Origin: an uncultured Chloroflexia bacterium
GTDB taxonomy: Bacteria > Chloroflexota > Limnocylindria > QHBO01
Assembly: GCA_963799675.1 (NCBI GenBank)
Contig: CAWCXQ010000019.1
Location: forward strand, 261,701 to 325,700
Length of the DNA stretch: 64,000 bases
Reading direction: 5' to 3'
This document shows, one piece after another, positions 60,537-64,000 of this stretch. Made by a program: the position numbers and the translations under genes. Below the pieces are notes generated by a model. The model did no database searches and had not been told where the DNA came from. It saw only the letters and a list, made by a program, of their open reading frames with translations. Numbering within the stretch: position 1 is the stretch's first letter; every line of letters starts with the position of its first letter.

Positions 60537-61283
60537 CTCGCGGACCGGGGAAGGAACACGTTGAAGCATCGAAGTCGCTGGCTCGGCGGAATCGCCGCGG
60601 TTGCGTTCGCCCTGATGGGGGTCGCCACGGCGGCCGGCTACGCCGGAAGCGTGCCGGGTTCGGTCGAGATCACCGTCGGCAGCGTCAACTGCAACCAGCC
60701 GGTCGTGGTCACGGCCACCGTTCTCGATACCGCCGGACAGGCGATCCCCGGTCAGATGGTGGAATGGACGCTAACCTCCACGCCGTCCAGCGCCGATGCC
60801 ATCAGCCCGAGCTCGTCGACCACCGACGCGAGCGGCGTCGCGACCACGAGCCTCACGCTGTCATGCATCCCGGGGAACCGTCAGCTCCGCGCAACCGCGG
60901 ATCAGGTCAGCGGCACGGCGGTCATCGCCCTCCCGCAGGGAGGCACTCTGGGCAGTACCGGCGGCCCCGGACAGGGAGGCAATGGCCTTCCCAACACGAC
61001 GACCGCTCCCGCAGATGCGGCGCCGGGACCCGGCCTCTTCCTGGTCCTGCTTGCGATACTCGCAGTGCTGGTTGGCGCCGGCGTCACCGTGAGAAGGCTC
61101 GCCGCAGCTCGCCGCTGAGGGAGCGGCCAACCGAGGAGGCGCAGCCCGCGCGCCATCCGGGTAGGCTCAAGCCGTGACCGAGCCATCCCATAGCGGCCGT
61201 CGCCCCCGCCGTCGTCGTCGCGCTGCGTCATCCCGAGGCATGTTCGGCGGCACGCGCCTCCTCACCGCGCTGATCGGCATCGC
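60537..61283 (+). repeat. ~747-bp direct repeat, copy 1 (partner 62574-63320; offset 2037 bp)
   Basis: Read side by side there are only a handful of mismatches (e.g. cta/ctc, act/acg, three in the spacer after the stop, ccc/ctc). It covers the Ig-like substrate gene plus the first ~110 nt of the sortase gene. Confidence 0.85.
60561..61118 (+). CDS. Small secreted Ig-like (Big_1-type) protein with C-terminal LPNTT sorting signal, copy 1
   Basis: RBS GGAAGGA before TTG 60561. Signal 'MKHRSRWLGGIAAVAFALMGVATAAG'. 'VVVTATVLDTAGQAIPGQMVEWTL..TTDASGVATTSLT'. C-terminus 'LPNTTTAPADAAPGPG-LFLVLLAILAVLVGAGV-TVRRLAAARR'. Confidence 0.75.
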   Translation: MKHRSRWLGGIAAVAFALMGVATAAGYAGSVPGSVEITVGSVNCNQPVVVTATVLDTAGQAIPGQMVEWTLTSTPSSADAISPSSSTTDASGVATTSLTLSCIPGNRQLRATADQVSGTAVIALPQGGTLGSTGGPGQGGNGLPNTTTAPADAAPGPGLFLVLLAILAVLVGAGVTVRRLAAARR

Positions 61284-61410
61284 CGGCGGGGATCGTGGCC
61301 ATCGCATCGCGAGCGCAGGCCGCAGGCGTTGGCATGGATCGGCCGCGGCCGGGTCGACCTGCGAGCCGAAGCCGACGACGATCCAGATCCGGCGCGGCTC
61401 TCGGGCCTGA
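61174..61410 (+). pseudogene. 5' remnant of a sortase gene (duplicated fragment)
   Basis: The first ~37 codons (VTEPSHSGRRPRRRRRAASSRGMFGGTRLLTALIGIA) match the start of the 63211 sortase gene. The sequence then diverges, and no catalytic domain follows. Confidence 0.6.
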
Positions 61411-61856
61411 ATTGGTTCGGCTGACCGCTACGAATCCCGATCCAGGACTGGACCCACCAGCAGCGACGGCGTGATACGGCACCCCCCGCGTCGCTCGGCG
61501 CGGTGGTGGTGCAGGCTTGAACCAACGCAGCAGTCTCTACCGATCCGCGCTTGTCATCTCCCGGCAGTGTATGGCGGAGGCGGCCGAGACCCTTGCAGCG
61601 AACGTTGACGCGCTGCAACGCGGATGGGCCATACGTACTAGTAGTTGCCGGACGTTCGGGCTATGCTGCGTCTCATTGCTCAGTGTCCTGAGTTCATGAG
61701 GTTCTGTTGTCCGCCGACCCGGCCGATCTGCATTCATCCATCCATACCCTCCCAGTTCATCTGACCCGGAATCAAGCGAACACCCTGGAGCCGGTTAGCA
61801 GCGTCGCCACAGGGGACGGCCAGCTGCTCCACCTCCCGCTTGACCGAGCCATACCG

Positions 61857-62525
61857 ATGCTTCCGAGGAACGGTGGGGACGTGGGACGCTTCCCAGTGCC
61901 CCGATTCGTGCCCGAGTGGCGGCGCGATCTCGAGCTTGTAGTGAAGCGGCTGGTCGACATCATCGGCGCGCTGGTTGGTCTCGTTCTGCTCAGCCCGCTC
62001 CTCATCGCGATCGCACTGCTGGTGAGCGTGTTCGACGGATCGCCCGTTCTCTTCCGGCAGACCCGCGTTGGTCTACACGGGCGTCATTTCACCCTGTACA
62101 AGTTCCGCACCATGGTCTCGGACGCCGAGCAGCGGCTCGAGGCGGTCAAGCATCTCAATGAGCGGAATCGCGTTGCGTTCAAGGCTGCGAACGACCCCCG
62201 CATCACGCCTCTTGGCCGTTGGCTTCGGAAAACCTCGCTCGACGAGCTGCCGCAGCTCTGGAATGTTCTGGTCGGCTCGATGAGCCTCGTCGGGCCGCGG
62301 CCTCCCCTCACCCGAGAGGTCGTCGAGTACGAAACCTGGCACAGGCGCCGGCTCGTGATGAAGCCCGGCATCACCGGGCTCTGGCAGGTCGAGGCGCGTG
62401 CCGATCCGGACTTCGACCGATGGATCGCGCGCGACCTCGTGTACATCGATGGATGGTCGATCTGGCTCGACGTGAAGATCCTGGCCAGGACGATCCCAGC
62501 TGTCATCAAGTGCGAAGGGCGTTGA
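61857..62525 (+). CDS. Polyprenyl-phosphate sugar transferase (second copy of the bacterial sugar transferase family)
   Basis: 'VKRLVDIIGALVGLVLLSPLLIAIALLV', 'SPVLFRQTRVG', 'YKFRTM', '[31 protein letters not shown]', 'KPGITGLWQV'. The ORF is open from 61707; ATG 61857 was chosen as the start. Confidence 0.8.
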   Translation: MLPRNGGDVGRFPVPRFVPEWRRDLELVVKRLVDIIGALVGLVLLSPLLIAIALLVSVFDGSPVLFRQTRVGLHGRHFTLYKFRTMVSDAEQRLEAVKHLNERNRVAFKAANDPRITPLGRWLRKTSLDELPQLWNVLVGSMSLVGPRPPLTREVVEYETWHRRRLVMKPGITGLWQVEARADPDFDRWIARDLVYIDGWSIWLDVKILARTIPAVIKCEGR

Positions 62526-62573
62526 CCAATGGACAATTGCGCTGCCCGGTACCATGGCAGTTCACGCACAAGC

Positions 62574-63320
62574 CTCGCGGACCGGGGAAGGAACACGTTG
62601 AAGCATCGAAGTCGCTGGCTCGGCGGAATCGCCGCGGTTGCGTTCGCCCTGATGGGGGTCGCCACGGCGGCCGGCTACGCCGGAAGCGTGCCGGGTTCGG
62701 TCGAGATCACCGTCGGCAGCGTCAACTGCAACCAGCCGGTCGTGGTCACGGCCACCGTTCTCGATACCGCCGGACAGGCGATCCCCGGTCAGATGGTGGA
62801 ATGGACGCTCACCTCCACGCCGTCCAGCGCCGATGCCATCAGCCCGAGCTCGTCGACCACCGACGCGAGCGGCGTCGCGACCACGAGCCTCACGCTGTCA
62901 TGCATCCCGGGGAACCGTCAGCTCCGCGCAACCGCGGATCAGGTCAGCGGCACGGCGGTCATCGCCCTCCCGCAGGGAGGCACGCTGGGCAGTACCGGCG
63001 GCCCCGGACAGGGAGGCAATGGCCTTCCCAACACGACGACCGCTCCCGCAGATGCGGCGCCGGGACCCGGCCTCTTCCTGGTCCTGCTTGCGATACTCGC
63101 AGTGCTGGTTGGCGCCGGCGTCACCGTGAGAAGGCTCGCCGCAGCTCGCCGCTGAGGGAGCGGCGAACCGAGGAGGCGCGGCCCGCGCGCCGTCCGGGTA
63201 GGCTCAAGCCGTGACCGAGCCATCCCATAGCGGCCGTCGCCCCCGCCGTCGTCGTCGCGCTGCGTCATCTCGAGGCATGTTCGGCGGCACGCGCCTCCTC
63301 ACCGCGCTGATCGGCATCGC
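62574..63320 (+). repeat. ~747-bp direct repeat, copy 2
   Basis: See copy 1. Confidence 0.85.
62598..63155 (+). CDS. Small secreted Ig-like protein with LPNTT sorting signal, copy 2
   Basis: Protein identical to copy 1 from the TTG start, with only synonymous differences seen. Confidence 0.75.
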   Translation: MKHRSRWLGGIAAVAFALMGVATAAGYAGSVPGSVEITVGSVNCNQPVVVTATVLDTAGQAIPGQMVEWTLTSTPSSADAISPSSSTTDASGVATTSLTLSCIPGNRQLRATADQVSGTAVIALPQGGTLGSTGGPGQGGNGLPNTTTAPADAAPGPGLFLVLLAILAVLVGAGVTVRRLAAARR

Positions 63321-63883
63321 GGCGATCGTCGTGCTCGCCGCGGGCATCGCGGTCCTGGCGGGCGGAGGTCTGGGTGGATCGGGAGCGGCGCTTGCCTCGC
63401 GAACTCCGAGTGCAACTGCCGGCGCCAGCCTGCCGCCACCCGCAACGGGCTCGGCATCAGTGGCACCACCTCCAAGCGCTGGGAGCCGCGCTCGGGATCA
63501 AGGCCACGCAGATCCAGATCGCCCGCCTCGGAATCGATATGCCGATCGTGGAGGGCGACGGGATCGACGCCCCGCTGGGCAAGGCGGCCCATTTTCCCGG
63601 AACTGCATGGCCGGACGGCGCTTCGAACATCTACCTCTATGCGCACGCGCGGGACGAGATGTTCATCGGCCTGTGGCAGGCGAAGCCCGGGGACGAGGTG
63701 GTCCTTCAGCTTGTCGACGATACGCAGCGGACCTACGTCGTTAGCCAGATCCTTCCCAAGGTCGCATGGAATGCGATCCAGTACTTGGATCCGACGCCGA
63801 CCGAGCAGCTGACCCTCCAGACCTGCACCTCGGATCAGCCGACATCGCCGCGCTTCATCGTCATCGCCGTGCCCAAGGGATGA
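63211..63883 (+). pseudogene. Sortase (TLxTC family), one frame break near 63480-63495
   Basis: The N-terminal basic stretch plus TM 'LLTALIGIAAIVVLAAGIAVLAGG' is in the frame of GTG 63211. The catalytic domain is in ORF 63374-63883: 'IARLGIDMPIVEG', 'AAHFPGTAWP..NIYLYAHAR', 'QLTLQTCTS', 'RFIVIAV'. Confidence 0.75.
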
Positions 63884-64000
63884 GTAACGATGCCGGGGGC
63901 GGCCATGGCAAGCGCGTCACGCGTCGCCGCACATCTCGCCGAAGTCGATGGGCGGTCGGCGGGCTGGCGCTCGGCCTGTTGCTTCTGCTGGGCGTCGGGC
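63880..64000 (+). CDS. Start of a membrane or secreted protein (partial, runs off the window)
   Basis: The ATG overlaps the sortase TGA (ATGA). 'MSNDAGGGHGKRVTRRRTSRRSRWAVGGLALGLLLLLGVG' is a basic N-terminus followed by a hydrophobic helix. Confidence 0.45.
   Translation, partial: MSNDAGGGHGKRVTRRRTSRRSRWAVGGLALGLLLLLGVG

Noticed and set aside
60537-63320. The 747-bp direct repeats flanking a 1.3-kb segment as the ends of a mobile element.
   Set aside because: The repeats are direct and consist of an ordinary gene plus part of the next one. There is no transposase, integrase, inverted terminal repeat or target-site duplication. A segmental duplication fits better.

Overview
High-GC window (about two-thirds or more G+C by eye, not computed), densely coding, with no rRNA, tRNA, CRISPR array, transposase or phage gene that I could recognise. 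All family calls come from reading motifs in the supplied translations; no database search was run. The gene content (F420-type LLM oxidoreductase, Rv2578c-like radical SAM, sortase) suggests a monoderm high-GC lineage, Actinomycetota- or Chloroflexota-like, and I cannot place it further.

Layout:
- 1-10.1 kb: sugar uptake and catabolism genes. These are CUT1 ABC transporter parts, a ROK regulator, a ROK kinase, a SIS-domain protein, an SDR and a nitroreductase.
- 10-24 kb: mixed housekeeping and accessory genes. These include an LLM oxidoreductase, GH15, an XRE-TPR regulator, TfoX-like, a DNA alkylation repair protein, GH3, an OmpR/HK pair, a radical SAM protein and a GH5-like hydrolase.
- 24.4-27.6 kb: a second CUT1 ABC operon riddled with frame changes.
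- 27.6-33.1 kb: GH130, a Gfo/Idh/MocA oxidoreductase, a secreted 685-aa protein, a DUF1801 protein and msrA.
- 33.3-53.3 kb: the standout. Five co-oriented genes encode very large secreted multidomain proteins. Their domains include DNRLRE-like, FN3, metallophosphoesterase, cadherin-like and LamG modules, plus one unknown domain. All five end in the same ~240-aa C-terminal module of five W...GDW(D/N)GxG repeats. This module is encoded by a ~0.7 kb cassette that reads as nucleotide-identical in all five genes. The locus also holds perfect tandem coding repeats (6 x 279 bp, 2 x 1020 bp, a 2451-bp duplication) and a 7 x 270 bp array that is near-identical apart from copy-specific 1-nt deletions and two substitutions.
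- 53.4-64 kb: a surface-glycan cluster follows directly. It has two polyprenyl-phosphate sugar transferases, a Wzx-like flippase, a Wzy_C/O-antigen-ligase-like protein and two GT2 enzymes. It also carries a sortase and a duplicated small Ig-like substrate with an LPNTT sorting signal.

Caveat: many genes carry single-base frame breaks, and their density is very uneven. I cannot tell from sequence alone whether these are assembly or polishing errors or real pseudogenes. Such genes are reported over their full reconstructed span and flagged.
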